DNA of 63,980 nucleotides, the filler included, from Reclinomonas americana ATCC 50394 (taxonomy: Eukaryota), in NCBI GenBank assembly GCA_048213135.1. It is 9 parts of 6 records of this genome, joined end to end, with 100 filler letters (N's around TTAATTAATTAA, not from the genome) between each part and the next. Parts side by side here need not be neighbours in the genome. Positions count along the whole stretch, not along the records: positions 29,634 to 46,230 come from PS015419.1; positions 46,331 to 51,413 come from PS015420.1; 7 more parts are not named here. One strand, 5' to 3'. Positions 35,600 through 48,900 of this stretch are shown here, one piece after another; the stretch's first letter is position 1; each line of letters begins with the position of its first letter. Position numbers and translations under genes: made by a program. The notes beneath the pieces were generated by a model that was given only the letters and a program-made list of their open reading frames with translations, did not search any database and was not told the origin of the DNA.

Positions 35600-38545
35600 T
35601 CACACGGAGAACAGTCGCACGCTCTGCTGCGGTAGCGCCAGGAACTTGGCCTGCAGCTCCTTGCCGTTCACGAGCAGCGTGGTGGGATTCTGCACGCGGA
35701 CCGACGGGAATTCGAAATGCTGCGCACGGAATGAGTGAGCAGCGCTGGCGCGAACCACTGCGACCAGGCAAGCAAGCAATCGCAACTTGTTCCTGGGCCT
35801 CGAAGTTCTGCAGAAACAAGTGCGGCTGGCGAATCACCAAAACATCTCCGTCGTGGATGGCCCGCGGCGCAATGTTGTAAATGGAGAGCGCAAATCGTTG
35901 CCCCGTTGAGTCCGCCGCCACATACGTCCTGCAAAAAACAGTCTGTCAGTCACACACACACACATTGACACACTGCACGTTATTCTTGCGCAACAGAGGA
36001 GCCGACGTCTCGTCCGACGCCAACCGCACAATTCCACACGCCAAAATGCCGTCGGCAGCTGCCGCACTCCTGCTGCTGCTCCCGTCGGCACCACCGGCGA
36101 GGAGCGTCTCGACAGTCACGGCTGCAGCGCCACCGTCGCGATGCGCCTTCTCCACTGCTTCCCGGGCCTTCCGAGGCTTGAGGTGACCCTGGACGCGCAC
36201 CAACACGTCAGCGCACTCTCATCATTGCAACAGCACCCGACATCACGACGACGGCTGAACCTTTTTCAAAACCAGCTCCTTTAGTGCGCTGAGAAACGCG
36301 CCCGTCCGCTCCAGCTCGTGCGCCGCCTCAGTGAACAGAGGATCCAATTCGAGAGCGCGCGAGAAATGGCGAATGGCATCAGCGTAGTTCTCCATGTGCC
36401 GACACACCTCGGCGCAGTTGAAGTACACATCTGGATCGCTGTCGGTGGGAGGTTTCGATAGCTGGCGGCGCACGAGTGAGCTCGTGGAAGCAGAACGTAC
36501 TCTGTGTGTGTGTGTGCCGCTGACTCACCGCCTGACCAAACGCCTTGAGTGCCGTCACCAGGTCCTTCAGATCGTGCGACACCACCATGTAGTACGACAG
36601 CGAGGCGGTTCCCAGTGCGGCCCATGAGGGTCCATCATCCACGTTGACTGCGATGGCCTTGCGAGCCAGCTGCACACTCTCGGCGACGGCATCGTTCTCC
36701 CGCGGAGTCCCTGCACGCACGCCGTCGTGCGTGAGAGCGATGCACATCGCATGCTGTTTGGGCCGCGGTCACCTCACCTCTCGCGGCGATGCGCATCACT
36801 CGTGACAACTCGCGCTGTGCGGTCTGGTTCGCGGCATCCTGTGTGAAAAGCAAGCTGTTTAGCACACAGCCTGGAAGCAAGAGAGAAACACGCGACAAGC
36901 GATCGACCTTTTCCAGCGCGGTGCGAAAGCACGTCTGCGCCGACTCCAAGTCGCCCTTTTTCCACATGCAGTGCCCCAGTGTGTTCCACGCCGCCACCAG
37001 TTCCGGATCCAGTCGCACCTGTGGTGGAGAAAGCAATGAGCAAGAGGGAGAGAGAGAGAGACGGGGAGAGAGAGAGAGCGTTTCATGCACACAACTGCCT
37101 TGGACAGGTGCGCCAGGCATTGNNNNNNNNNNNNNNNNNNNNNNNNNNNNNNNNNNNNNNNNNNNNNNNNNNNNNNNNNNNNNNNNNNNNNNNNNNNNNN
37201 NNNNNNNNNNNNNNNNNNNNNNNNNNNNNNNNNNNNNNNNNNNNNNNNNNNNNNNNNNNNNNNNNNNNNNNNNNNNNNNNNNNNNNNNNNNNNNNNNNNN
37301 NNNNNNNNNNNNNNNNNNNNNNNNNNNNNNNNNNNNNNNNNNNNNNNNNNNNNNNNNNNNNNNNNNNNNNNNNNNNNNNNCTCTGAAAAGCTCGGCAACA
37401 CATCCAACGCCCGACCCTTCAGGAACTCCACATACGCCACATCCTTGGCCGCCGCCCCTGCAATGCAAAAATAACACACAAATGAGACTCGAGGTCACGC
37501 GCTCTCATCAATGCACACACACACAAAGAGAGAGAGAGAGAGAGAGAGTGTGTGTGTGTGCGTGTGTGTGTGTGCACACGCACCGACAAGCTCATCCGGT
37601 AGCCGACTCATCACCGCACGCACTCGCTCACTCAACGCCTGCTCCGCCGACACCACCGACGCACGTCGCTGCCCTGCGCCTTTACCCGCCTCCTGCTCTC
37701 CTCCTCCACTTCCACTCTCCTGCTCATGGTCGCCCTNNNNNNNNNNNNNNNNNNNNNNNNNNNNNNNNNNNNNNNNNNNNNNNNNNNNNNNNNNNNNNNN
37801 NNNNNNNNNNNNNNNNNNNNNNNNNNNNNNNNNNNNNNNNNNNNNNNNNNNNNNNNNNNNNNNNNNNNNNNNNNNNNNNNNNNNNNNNNNNNNNNNNNNN
37901 NNNNNNNNNNNNNNNNNNNNNNNNNNNNNNNNNNNNNNNNNNNNNNNNNNNNNNNNNNNNNNNNNNNNNNNNNNNNNNNNNNNNNNNNNNNNNNNNNNNN
38001 NNNNNNNNNNNNNNNNNNNNNNNNNNNNNNNNNNNNNNNNNNNNNNNNNNNNNNNNNNNNNNNNNNNNNNNNNNNNNNNNNNNNNNNNNNNNNNNNNNNN
38101 NNNNNNNNNNNNNNNNNNNNNNNNNNNNNNNNNNNNNNNNNNNNNNNNNNNNNNNNNNNNNNNNNNNNNNNNNNNNNNNNNNNNNNNNNNNNNNNNNNNN
38201 NNNNNNNNNNNNNNNNNNNNNNNNNNNNNNNNNNNNNNNNNNNNNNNNNNNNNNNNNNNNNNNNNNNNNNNNNNNNNNNNNNNNNNNNNNNNNNNNNNNN
38301 NNNNNNNNNNNNNNNNNNNNNNNNNNNNNNNNNNNNNNNNNNNNNNNNNNNNNNNNNNNNNNNNNNNNNNNNNNNNNNNNNNNNNNNNNNNNNNNNNNNN
38401 NNNNNNNNNNNNNNNNNNNNNNNNCCTGCGCGACATGCTGCTGCCGCCGCCACTCGCCCTCCAACGCATACCGCTCAAGCTCGTCCACCAGCTGCGTCTC
38501 TGCAACCCACGTCGATGTCGACGAAGACGACGCCGATGATGCCAT
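35600..38545 (-). CDS. TTC5: Tetratricopeptide repeat protein 5 (TPRs plus C-terminal OB fold)
   Basis: FLKGRALDV, LSKAV|RLDPELVAAWNTLGHCMWKKGD, RELSRVMR, DGPSWAALGTA, DPDVYFN..YADAIRHFSRALELDP, FALSIYN and FPSVRVQNPTTLLVNGK. Confidence 0.92.
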
Positions 38546-38631
38546 CCGCTCACACTACAACACCCGCGCAAAACAAAGAAAAGCGCGCGAAAATTTGTGT
38601 AAACTCCAAATTTTGTTTACGTTCGTGTGTG

Positions 38632-41600
38632 ATGGCCACGAGCGTTTCTGCCGGTGCGAACAGCGATGGAGGGTGTGAGTGGATGGAGCAGCTTACACAT
38701 CGCAATCGGATTGTGCGAGAGGCGGCACTGGGCAAGCTGCAGCGACATGTGACTGCAGCTGCGCAGGAGAGACAAGTCGGTGTGTGCGCACGTGTTGTTA
38801 CATGTAGACGCCTGTCACTGAGCTGCGTTGGGTGATGTAGATACGCTGGTGCGTCTGGAGGAGCACATCTTGTCGCTGATTCGATCGCATTCGGTGTGGG
38901 AGGCCATGAGCTCGGGGTTTTATGCGGCACAGGTCTCCTTCCAGTCCGTCTCTCTTGTCTTCGTGTGTGCTGTTGTCTCATGTGTGTGTGTGTGTGTGTC
39001 GAGGAAGGCGCTCATTGAGACGCGGCTGTCGTCGAGCGAGTTCCGCGCGGCGGTGTTGGAGGCGTGTCTCGGCGATTTGGAGCACCCCGAGGTGCGCGTC
39101 AGGTGCGATGTTTGCGACTGTGAGGGAGGGAGAGGAGGAGGTCGCTGATCGCTCACCACAACTACGCACGTGTAGGCTGTCGATCGCCGAGGCTCTGTAC
39201 GCACTGACTCTTGTCGATGGGCTGTCCGTGTTTCTTCCCGTGCGAGAGTTGCGTGTCGTCCGTCGCCGAGGAGAAAGCTCTCACACAGTGATCGCGACCG
39301 ACTCTCACGTGCCGCGCCACAACGCAGAGTGCTGGAGGAGTGCATCATGAGCAACTATCACCGGTCGGTGGGGACGGTGAGTGGCGACGCAGAGGATTCG
39401 GTCGGTGATTCGGGTCGTGTGTCGCCGTCGGTGAGTCTTCTGTGCGCCCTGCCCCCACTCCCCACTCTCTGACTCACCATGTGGATGTGCGCGATACAGG
39501 CTCCGCCATTGTCACCGCGCAGCACGGCACTGGGAGTGAAGCGAGTGGATGTGCTGGTGGGTCACCGACGTGCGCTGTGTAACTCTCGCATCGTTCCTGC
39601 TGTCTCACGAGAATCGTCGTGGTGTCGCAGCATGACACAGAGGGCTGGAAGTCGTTGGAGACGTGCATGAAGGCCCTGCAGCGCATCTGCGAAGCTCTCG
39701 GCCCGGAGCTGTTTGCCGAAATCGCCAACCCCGAGTTCGTGCAGTTTGTGTTGGACACCCTGACGCACACCAATCGGTTTGTGCGCGAGACGGGCTTCTT
39801 CACGTGCGCCTCGTTTGCGCGACTGGCCAGCGTCGAGTTTCTGGAGAGGTGTGTTGCGCGCTTGTTCTGTTCTCTCTCCTCGACCGCTGATGTATGTGTG
39901 TGTGTCTGTGTGCAGCATTGCTGAACAGTTGTCCAAGTCGCTGGCGCGTGGCTTGGCCGACAATTGGAGTCAAGTGCGCTTTGGTTTGTTTGCGTACGTT
40001 GGTAGCTTGTTGCATCGCATGGGGGGTGTTGACGGCACGCATACTGCAGCGTCCAGTGTGGCCACACGCGAATTCTTCACCAAGATTGTCGACGATCGCG
40101 AGCCGTACCTGCCGACTCTGGTGCCACCAATGTGTCTCAATCGGTACTATGTGGCGGAGGGAGTGCGGCGATACTCGCAGGAGACATGGCAGCGTGTCAT
40201 GGGAGACACCGGGCGCACCATCGTGGCCCGCTTCATCTCGCAGGTGGTCGACTTTTACATTGCGCAGACGGAGGCCGAGAATCATGCCGTCCGCGAGGTA
40301 CTTGGCTCCAAGAAACAGTGCTCGTTGCGCTTTCGTTGACTGTGGATGTGCGTGTGTAGGCAGCGTGTCAGTGCATCGCCGAGTTGGCTCGCCGTGTGGA
40401 TCGGGAGGTGTGTGCTCTGTATCTTTTACCTGCGTGATCGTCGAGCTGCTGACACGCGGTTGGCGCTGCGAGTAGGCGGTCAGTCCGTATGTGCCGCGTC
40501 TACTCGACGCCTTGATTGTGTGTTTCCGCGACGACAGCTGGCCCGTGCGAGATGCGGCTTGTCTCGGTGAGCGCGCGTGCGATGTTCTTCCCTGCACGAG
40601 CTCTGATTTATGATTAACTGTCTCGCGCAGCGTGTGGATATTTTGTGGAGTCGTTCCCGGAGGAGTCGCGCGGCGAGTTGGACGGACTCTTTGAGGACTG
40701 GTTCAGCCAGCTGTCGGACAGTTGCGTCGCACAAATAAGACGTGCAAGAGGGAGAAGAGGGAGTACTGAGGTCCGTGCGACAGACATTTGGAGTGTGCGC
40801 GAAGACAGTGCGATTGCGCTGGGACGGGTGATGCGTGCGTACGGCAGCGAGGCCGTAACGCGCGTGGTGGAGTATCTGCGGGCGAACTTTGATCGCGTGC
40901 GTGAGCAACCGGATGACTCGGTGAGGTATCGCGGTCTGGCCAACACGACGACATTCGGCGTGGCCTCCACCAAGACTCTGCGTGACAATGATCCGCACAT
41001 TCACACGGATCAGCAGGTGAGACGCAGCAGCAGCGTGTGTCACACAGCGTGGTGCTTGCTCATGGCATCGATGGGCAGGCCTTTTCGTGCGGCTCGTTGG
41101 CTCCGCGTATGCGAAAAGGCAGCAAGACCAAGTCGTCGTGCGGTTGCATGAACTCGTTGTTCACCCGCGAGCGTGAGCCGTGGGAGTACACCGACGGCTG
41201 TGTGTACCTGCTGCGGTGCGTGTGCATTCCTCTCTATGTGCGTGTCGAGTGCTCACCGGCGCGACGTGCAGTGAGTTGGCGGCGCAGGATGTCGACGCTG
41301 CGATTGAGTTCATCCCCAAGCTGTTTGCTGCAGTTGCGTACATCGCACGTTGTTCTTTTTTCCCGGCTACAGCGGTTTCACGCAGCGACGCACTCCACAT
41401 GCAGGCACGAGTGAACAGCTTCACGCACTATTACAACCTGTGGGAGACGGTGTGGAAGCAGCTGCCGACAATCGCCTCGGTGAGTCTGCACCCATTCGCC
41501 ACTGCTAACGCGCACCACGCAACTCACTCGCTCGTGCGGCGCACGCAGCACATTGGCAAGCGTCGATTCAAGAACGAGTTCTTTGACGAGACCGTACAGG

Positions 41601-41782
41601 TGGCCTGCGAGTGCCTCGAGCGCAGCGACAACCCTCTGGCGCTCTCGGCCACCGGCGAAGCTCTCGAGCGTCTGAGTCACCTGATCGGCGCCCGCGTGTT
41701 CTGCAGTCGCCTCGACGATCGCCACCGCGACTGCATCTCCCGTCACGCCGATGTGTGTCACCTCAACGTCGAAGCTCGGTAA
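38632..41782 (+). CDS. Conserved HEAT/ARM-repeat protein
   Basis: HDTEGWKSLETCMKAL, LTHTNRFVRETG, GLADNWSQVR, MCLNRYYVAEGVR, ENHAVREAAC, DDSWPVRDAAC and LSDNIWSVRED are HEAT-repeat signatures. Confidence 0.85.
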
Positions 41783-41829
41783 AAAACAATCTTGAAGAAG
41801 AGTTGTCCTCTCCACGACGATCAGTCATC

Positions 41830-43073
41830 ATGGGCGCGCAGGGGAGCAAAGTGCAGCCACTCGTCAACCCCGCTCTCGTGTCTCGCGAGCTGACAGAGGA
41901 ACAACGAGCAAGGTCACCACCTGTGCGCGTGTGTGAGGTGGAGATGGAGGCTTACTTGCTTTACGTGCAGATTTAATGAGCTCTTTACAACGCTGGCGGG
42001 CAAGTCAAACAAATCAGTTGCGCCTTCTGTCTCTTGAGAGAGTGCGGGAGACTCGCGAACTCTCACACACAGGCACACACAGATCACAAAACAAGCATTC
42101 CTTGATCATGTGGCCGAGATCTCAACATCCGACTCACTCGCCGCGTTTCGTCTTCTCTCACTCACTCACATTCACTCCACGCAGTCACACTCACTCAACT
42201 GTGTGTGTGTTGCGCACATAGGTGGGAGAACCTGTTCCGAGTTCTCGATGTTGGTCTGTTGTTGTTGGTGTGTCCTTTCTTTGTGTCGAGCTCTCAACTG
42301 CGCACACAGATGGCAACGGATCGCTTGATCGAGACGAGTTTCTGTGCGGGTGAGCTTACAGTGAGAGCCATGCTACGTGCGCATGGGTGTGTTGACACGC
42401 GATGGCGCACAGGTGCATTGTAACGTCGGCGAATGGACTGCAAGAGGAGAAACTCCGAGCGCTCTTCAAGGTTATCTTGCTGGCGAGTGTTCTCTGCATG
42501 CGTGCGACTCATATGTGCGTGGTAGATGGTGGACTTGAATGGCGACGGGCATGTGACGCGAGAAGAGGCGACCACGGTGTGGCGATCGATTATCGTCACG
42601 ACGCAGGTGCGCGGCGTTTTGCTGTGCCTCACTTGTCTCACGAGTTTTTTCATCTCTCTCTCTCTCTGTGCAAATGCAGTTTGCAGGGTTGATGGTCCTC
42701 GCCAAGCAGTACGAGCAGCACGATGCCGAGGAGCTGCTGGAACTCGGACGCCAGTATCTACGCACCAACGAGGTGAGTCCGATCTCGTCTACTGCTGGTG
42801 CAGCAGTAGTAGGTGGTGAAAGCAATCGCCGTCATGCAGCTCAAGCTCGAATGCTACGTGGCCGAGGTGGTGAATGCGTGCTTTGAGGAGCTGGACGAGG
42901 ATGGCGACAATGAGGTAGCACGCTGCACGCCTGCTCGTTTCCTCGCGGCGGTGTACTGTACGCTCACATCGTCGACTCCAGATTTCAGAAAGCGAGTGGA
43001 TGTCGCAGCTGCACTCGCCGAAAGCATCGTCGGCGCCGCAAGTGTGGCTCTCCATCTTGCAGGTCTTGTGTAG
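41830..43073 (+). CDS. N-myristoylated EF-hand calcium sensor (NCS/calcineurin B-like)
   Basis: MGAQGS start; LFRVLDV|DGNGSLDRDEF; EEKLRALFK|MVDLNGDGHVTREE; FEELDEDGDNE. Confidence 0.85.
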
Positions 43074-43397
43074 CAGCTTTCCTTTTCCACAGCCTCGCTG
43101 TCTCTCACACTGCTAGCACGCGCAGCCCGGAGCCGACGTTATCAATCCCGAAGCTCTGGTCGATTTCGCACAGGGTTTCTTCGAGGGCGCCTTCGGCCGT
43201 GCTCAAGCCGTCGAGTGTGGACTGCAGTAATAAGGAGTGTACACAACAAATGCCGTCAAGTGCACCGGTGAAACATGGCCACAAATTCAACTTATCTGAT
43301 GCATGAGCGTGTGAAGTTGAGCGACAAGCTCAAAGGACGACTCGCGCACCGCCGCGATCTGACCACAGACAAACACAGTGAGAGAGACAAGCTCGAG

Positions 43398-45719
43398 ATG
43401 GCGGTCTGTGCGAGTGGTGCTCACTGGCCTCACACGCAACGCGCTCACTCACTCGCTGCTGTCATTCTTGTGTGTGCGTGTGTGTGTTCGTGTGTGGAGC
43501 AGGATAAACGCTCTCCGTATCCCGCGGGCACCTACGCGCCCTCTGCACCCTCTGCGCCTCCGCCTTACTCGGCGTATCCCAGCGCATCCACGCATCCAGT
43601 GGCACCGCCGCCACCCTATGCTGTTGCGTGAGAAGTGATGACGTGTGAGAAACAAGCACAGAGACGCACAGACACACACATTGAGAGCGAGAGTTAGAGA
43701 GAGAGAGAGAGAGAGGTGTGTGCGTCACTGTGCGTGTGAGAATCCATCTTTTATTGTCTGCTCACATCATCATCATTATCACATGTCCGCGCGCAGGATG
43801 CTCCTCCGCCTTACAGCAAGGGCGCAGCCTCGGCTCCTCCACCGCCAGCCTACTATGGTGCTGGTGCGGCCTTTGCTCATCACTCAGCGTCTGTGTTGCT
43901 CTTCTCTCGTGCGCCTCATTCACATGATAGTAGGCAAGGGTGGCGAGTACGGAGGTGGCTACGGTGGTGGCCCAGGTGGTCCGGGTGGTCCTGGTGGTGC
44001 TGGTGGTGGTGGTGGTGGATATGGCGGGTCGCACAGTGACGACATGCGCTTCACCGACGTCAGGGCGCAGGAGAACTATGATCCTGAGATGGCGCGCAAC
44101 CAGTACGTCGGGGCACATTTGACGCGCGCCAAGAACCGTTGCGTGCGACGAAGGCTGTGCTTGTGTGTGTATCACCTTCTTATCGGTGATCGCAGGCTTC
44201 ATTTTCCGTGTCTATGCGGTGCTCGTGCTGATGCTCACCATTACGACGTCGCTCACCGCCCTGCTCGTCTTCAACGACAGCGCGCGCCAGTGGGCGCAGA
44301 GGAGCGTGCGTCACTCTTTGATGGTGTCAATTGTCGCCGCGTGTGTGTGACTCTGCTGCTCATTCGTGTTGTCGTCGCCGCCGCAGCTGTGGATGCTCAT
44401 CACGTCGTGGGTCGTCAGCATGGTGATCATGTTTGTGCTGTTCTGTGTGCGCAAGAAGGCGCCAATCAACGCCATTCTGCTCTTTGTCTGGGTTGCGTCG
44501 CCGCTCTTTTACAGTGCTTTCTACCGCGCTGGCTGTTGTCGTCTCATCTCACCGCGCTGCATGTCTCGTGTAGACCACTCTGATGTCGTGGTCAGTGGCA
44601 GTGACGTGCAGCTTCTACAATCAGCGCGTCGTGTTTGAGGTGCGCCACGGTTGTGCCTGCTCTCATATGCGTCGGCAAGTGCACTCACGCTTACACACGC
44701 ATTGGCGTCTGTGTGCAGGCCTTTGGTATCACGGCCGGCATCTTCATCACGCTCACCATTTACGTGCTCGTGACCAAGGCGGTGCGTTCTCGACCCTTCT
44801 TCGTCACAGCCAGTCGGCCTCGTCTCACAGGAAAGTTTCGCAGGATTTCCGCTTTCTTGGCGGCTTCCTCTTTGCGGCGCTGTTTGCGCTGGTCTTTGCC
44901 TCGCTGATCCAGGCATGTTGTCTTGCGCGTGTGCGTATATGCGTATGTCACCCTCACTCAACTTGCCCGATGCACGCACACACAGTGGCTGTTCCCGCCG
45001 GCTCCTGGATGGCTCAATATGGTGTTTGCCGTCATTGGTGCCCTCGTGTTCACTGGGTGTGTTTCCCTGATCCTGTCAGGTCGATGTGCTGCGTCGAACC
45101 TGTCGCTGACTTTCAATGTGTGTGCGTGTGTGCGTACAGCTACATGTTGCGTCTCGTGGACAGTCGCACGATGAAATCCCACACTCACGACTCACTCCTA
45201 TTCGTATACCCTTGTTGTCAACGACGCCAGTCTGTACGACACCTCGTGAGTCTTTTTTTGCTTCTCATTCTCCGTTATGTGTCTCCTTTTGACTCACTGT
45301 TCCTCTCTTACAGGATGCTGTTGCGCCGCGACTCCCCACCGGTGTGCTTGACCACTGTGCTTCTCCTACTCATTCCCCCCCTCTTTGTAGGTTGCATACC
45401 TTCTCCAACGATCTGGACGAGTGGGTTCGTGTTCTTTTGCGCCCTGTTTCATTCGCACTCTCCTGCTCACCGCTCATGTACCGCCGTGCAGGTTCTGCCA
45501 GGTCTCTATTGTCGTCCCCGAATCTCTGTCCCTCTCACTTTGCCCCTCGCTCACCTCTAGTCTCTCTGTGTGTATTCCCATGGCACAGCCATCAGCTTGT
45601 TCCTGGACGTTGCGTAATCACGCCGCCGCATTATTTCGCTCTGCAATATCGATCGCTGACTCGCTTCACAGTTCATCAACCTTCTCCTCTTCATCCTGCG
45701 CATCTTTGGTCGCAAGTAA
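43398..45719 (+). CDS. Bax inhibitor-1 / Lifeguard (TMBIM) family membrane protein
   Basis: Pro/Tyr/Gly-rich N-terminus, RFIFRVYAVL, KAPINAILLFVWT, DFRFLGGFL. With microexons included the C-terminus reads FTGYILYDTSMLLHTFSNDLDEWVLPAISLFLDFINLLLFILRIFGRK*. Confidence 0.92.
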
Positions 45720-45918
45720 CCGGCTCCCTTTGCATACGTATGCGCTGCGACAACTGTTCCGCCACCACCGCAGCCGCAGAGCCTTGGCGATGTACATGAA
45801 TGAAAACCGTCACATTTGGCGCGAAAATTGAAGAGCTGCGTAGTCGAAAAAACGATCGATCATCGAGCAGAGTGAGCAGTGGACGTGCTGCTGTGTGTGT
45901 GCGCGCGCGTAAACATCG

Positions 45919-48900
45919 ATGCCGATCCACAAGATCAGCGTGGAGCTCGTCGATGAGATCCTCGGGTGCGGCGAACCGGTTCGCGTGTTGAACCTGTCGC
46001 GCAATCAGATTACGCGCATCGAGAACCTGGAGCCACTCGGCCCCGCACTGCGCGAGCTCGATCTGTCGCTGAACGCCATTGATCGCATCGACAACGTGTC
46101 GCGATTGACGCATTTGCGTGTGCTGCGGCTCGCTGGCAATCGACTGTTACGATCACTCTCTCGCTCTCTCTCTCCTTCATGCGTGTCGACATTCTCTCGC
46201 CCCGTGCTCACTGGCGTCCACAGATCGACGNNNNNNNNNNNNNNNNNNNNNNNNNNNNNNNNNNNNNNNNNNNNTTAATTAATTAANNNNNNNNNNNNNN
46301 NNNNNNNNNNNNNNNNNNNNNNNNNNNNNNGTGTTTTCGGCGCGCAGTTGCTCCAACTGGTCACAGTGAGCAACTGCCACCACAGCCACCCACAACAGCA
46401 ACGACAGCAACAACAGCAGCGCAACTTCAGGATCCGGTGGTGGTGGTGGCGGCGGTGGCGGTGGCGATGGAGGTGGACTGGGCACATCGGCCTGCTTCAG
46501 GCGATGATACAGGCGTTCACCGGGAAGCACCGGCTGCCCGTCGAGTGTCTCGAGCGATGGGAGCATGCTGAGCACTTGCTCTCGATACGACGCCTGCTGC
46601 GCCAGAGGATTGCCGTCGAGCACCAAGTGTCGCAACGACGTGGTCGCCGTCAACGATCGCAACGCGTCCACCGAGCGAATGAGATTGTCAGAGACATCGA
46701 GCGTCTCCAGGTGCGGCAGTGTCTCCAGCTGATCGAGNNNNNNNNNNNNNNNNNNNNNNNNNNNNNNNNNNNNNNNNNNNNNNNNNNNNNNNNNNNNNNN
46801 NNNNNNNNNNNNNNNNNNNNNNNNNNNNNNNNNNNNNNNNNNNNNNNNNNNNNNNNNNNNNNNNNNNNNNNNNNNNNNNNNNNNNNNNNNNNNNNNNNNN
46901 NNNNNNNNNNNNNNNNNNNNNNNNNNNNNNNNNNNNNNNNNNNNNNNNNNNNNNNNNNNNNNNNNNNNNNNNNNNNNNNNNNNNNNNNNNNNNNNNNNNN
47001 NNNNNNNNNNNNNNNNNNNNNNNNNNNNNNNNNNNNNNNNNNNNNNNNNNNNNNNNNNNNNNNNNNNNNNNNNNNNNNNNNNNNNNNNNNNNNNNNNNNN
47101 NNNNNNNNNNNNNNNNNNNNNNNNNNNNNNNNNNNNNNNNNNNNNNNNNNNNNNNNNNNNNNNNNNNNNNNNNNNNNNNNNNNNNNNNNNNNNNNNNNNN
47201 NNNNNNNNNNNNNNNNNNNNNNNNNNNNNNNNNNNNNNNNNNNNNNNNNNNNNNNNNNNNNNNNNNNNNNNNNNNNNNNNNNNNNNNNNNNNNNNNNNNN
47301 NNACGTCTGCGCATGCGAGTGGAGGCGCTCGAATCGGCATCGCGGCAAGCTGACATGCGCTGCGAGGGTCTGGAGTCCATGGTCAGGCGCGCAGAGCATC
47401 ATCAGCGAAATCTGGAGGCGCGCGTGGCCGAGGAAGGGGAGCGATGTCTGCAAGCCGAGAAGGGCGCACGGGCGGCCGAGGAACGTCAGCGGCTGGCGGA
47501 GCAGAATGCACAGCGCACGCAACAGCTGTGCGCCAGTCTGCAGTCAGAACTCGAGATCTACAAGCGCCAGATGGAGCAGGCGTCGTCGACTGCCACCCAT
47601 CTCGAGGGTGCCTTGCAGGAGCGCTTGCGCGATGTGGTACGTCTTGGATAGAGTGAGTGCATGTGCAGCTTGTTTCGCGTCGCTGACAAGCCAGCTGCAG
47701 AACCTGCGCTGGGAAGAGCGGTTACGGGAGACAGAGGTTCAGTACGAGCACAAGCTCGATCGACTTCGTGACGAGCTGGCCGACGAACAAAAGACGGTGT
47801 GTCGAGCGGTGCTCGCTCATGCGCAGGATAAACAGTCACCGCTCACGCGTCACTTGCTTGCAGGTGAAGCACCTGCGGGCGTACTTTGCCAGCCCCGAAT
47901 CGGAGATTGAGGCAGCCAGACGGCGAGTGGCTCCGCGTGTTTCCTTTGCTGCGGCGTCTTCGGTTTGTTCTTCACACTCGCGCTTGTCGTGGGAAGCGAG
48001 TCATGCTCACCGTGGACGGGTATTTGTGCCACAGCCCACGTCCAACAAGACGCTGGCACTGGAGAACGAGTGTGCTCGATTGCGGGAAGAGGTGCAACTG
48101 CTGGAGGTGCAACTGCACGCACTGCAGCACATTGTGCAGACGCAGGAGCGGCAGTTGGTGCACTCGGAGGCACAACAAATGGACGACGATCGCAGTGTGG
48201 TGCATCTGCTGGAAAAGTGAGTGCTCTTCTCTCAGTGTGGAAAGGAAGGCCAGTCTCTCACGCTGCACTGCGGCGCGCTAGGTGGAGAGAAAAGGTCTAC
48301 GCGCTGCTGGTGCAATTGAAGTCAAAGGAGTTGCTGCTGGGCGACAGTCAGCGATCGCACGGAGACGAGGTGCGGTGGATTTGACACAGGTTGCTCACTC
48401 GCCCTCACATACCGACTGTGATGATCACAGGTGACGCGGCTACGTGAGCGAGTCATCGACTTGCAAACGGAGCTGGAGGTGGAGGTCAAGAAGCGAGTGT
48501 CGCTGGAGGCGCAAGTCAAGCGCGATTCACAGGCACTGCAATCGGCTCGCGAGACCGTCACTCGTGCCGAGTTCCGCGAGCAGAAGATGCTGAAGGATGT
48601 GGAGCGGAATGCGGTCGCACTCGCCGAACTGCGTGCGCAACTCGAGCACGCCGGTCAAGTGATGACACAGATGTTGGACTTTATTGGCATGGCACACACC
48701 AAACTCAATGTGCACGCCAAGCGCATCGACTATGCGGATAGCAGGATGCAGATGCTTCGAGGTAAGGCGTCAGGCGCAACTCTCCCTCTGCTGATTGATT
48801 CTCAATCACGATCATCAGACATGTTCCGGAGGCGTGGACTCGGTGCGGTGCCGAGTCGCGAAGGAGCAGGAGCGGGAAGCAGTGGTGGGAGCCGCAGTCC

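Noticed and set aside
42000..42005. GCAAGT as a GC donor in the EF-hand gene
   Set aside because: It gives a frameshift and a stop; the GTTGCG donor at 42017 restores the frame.
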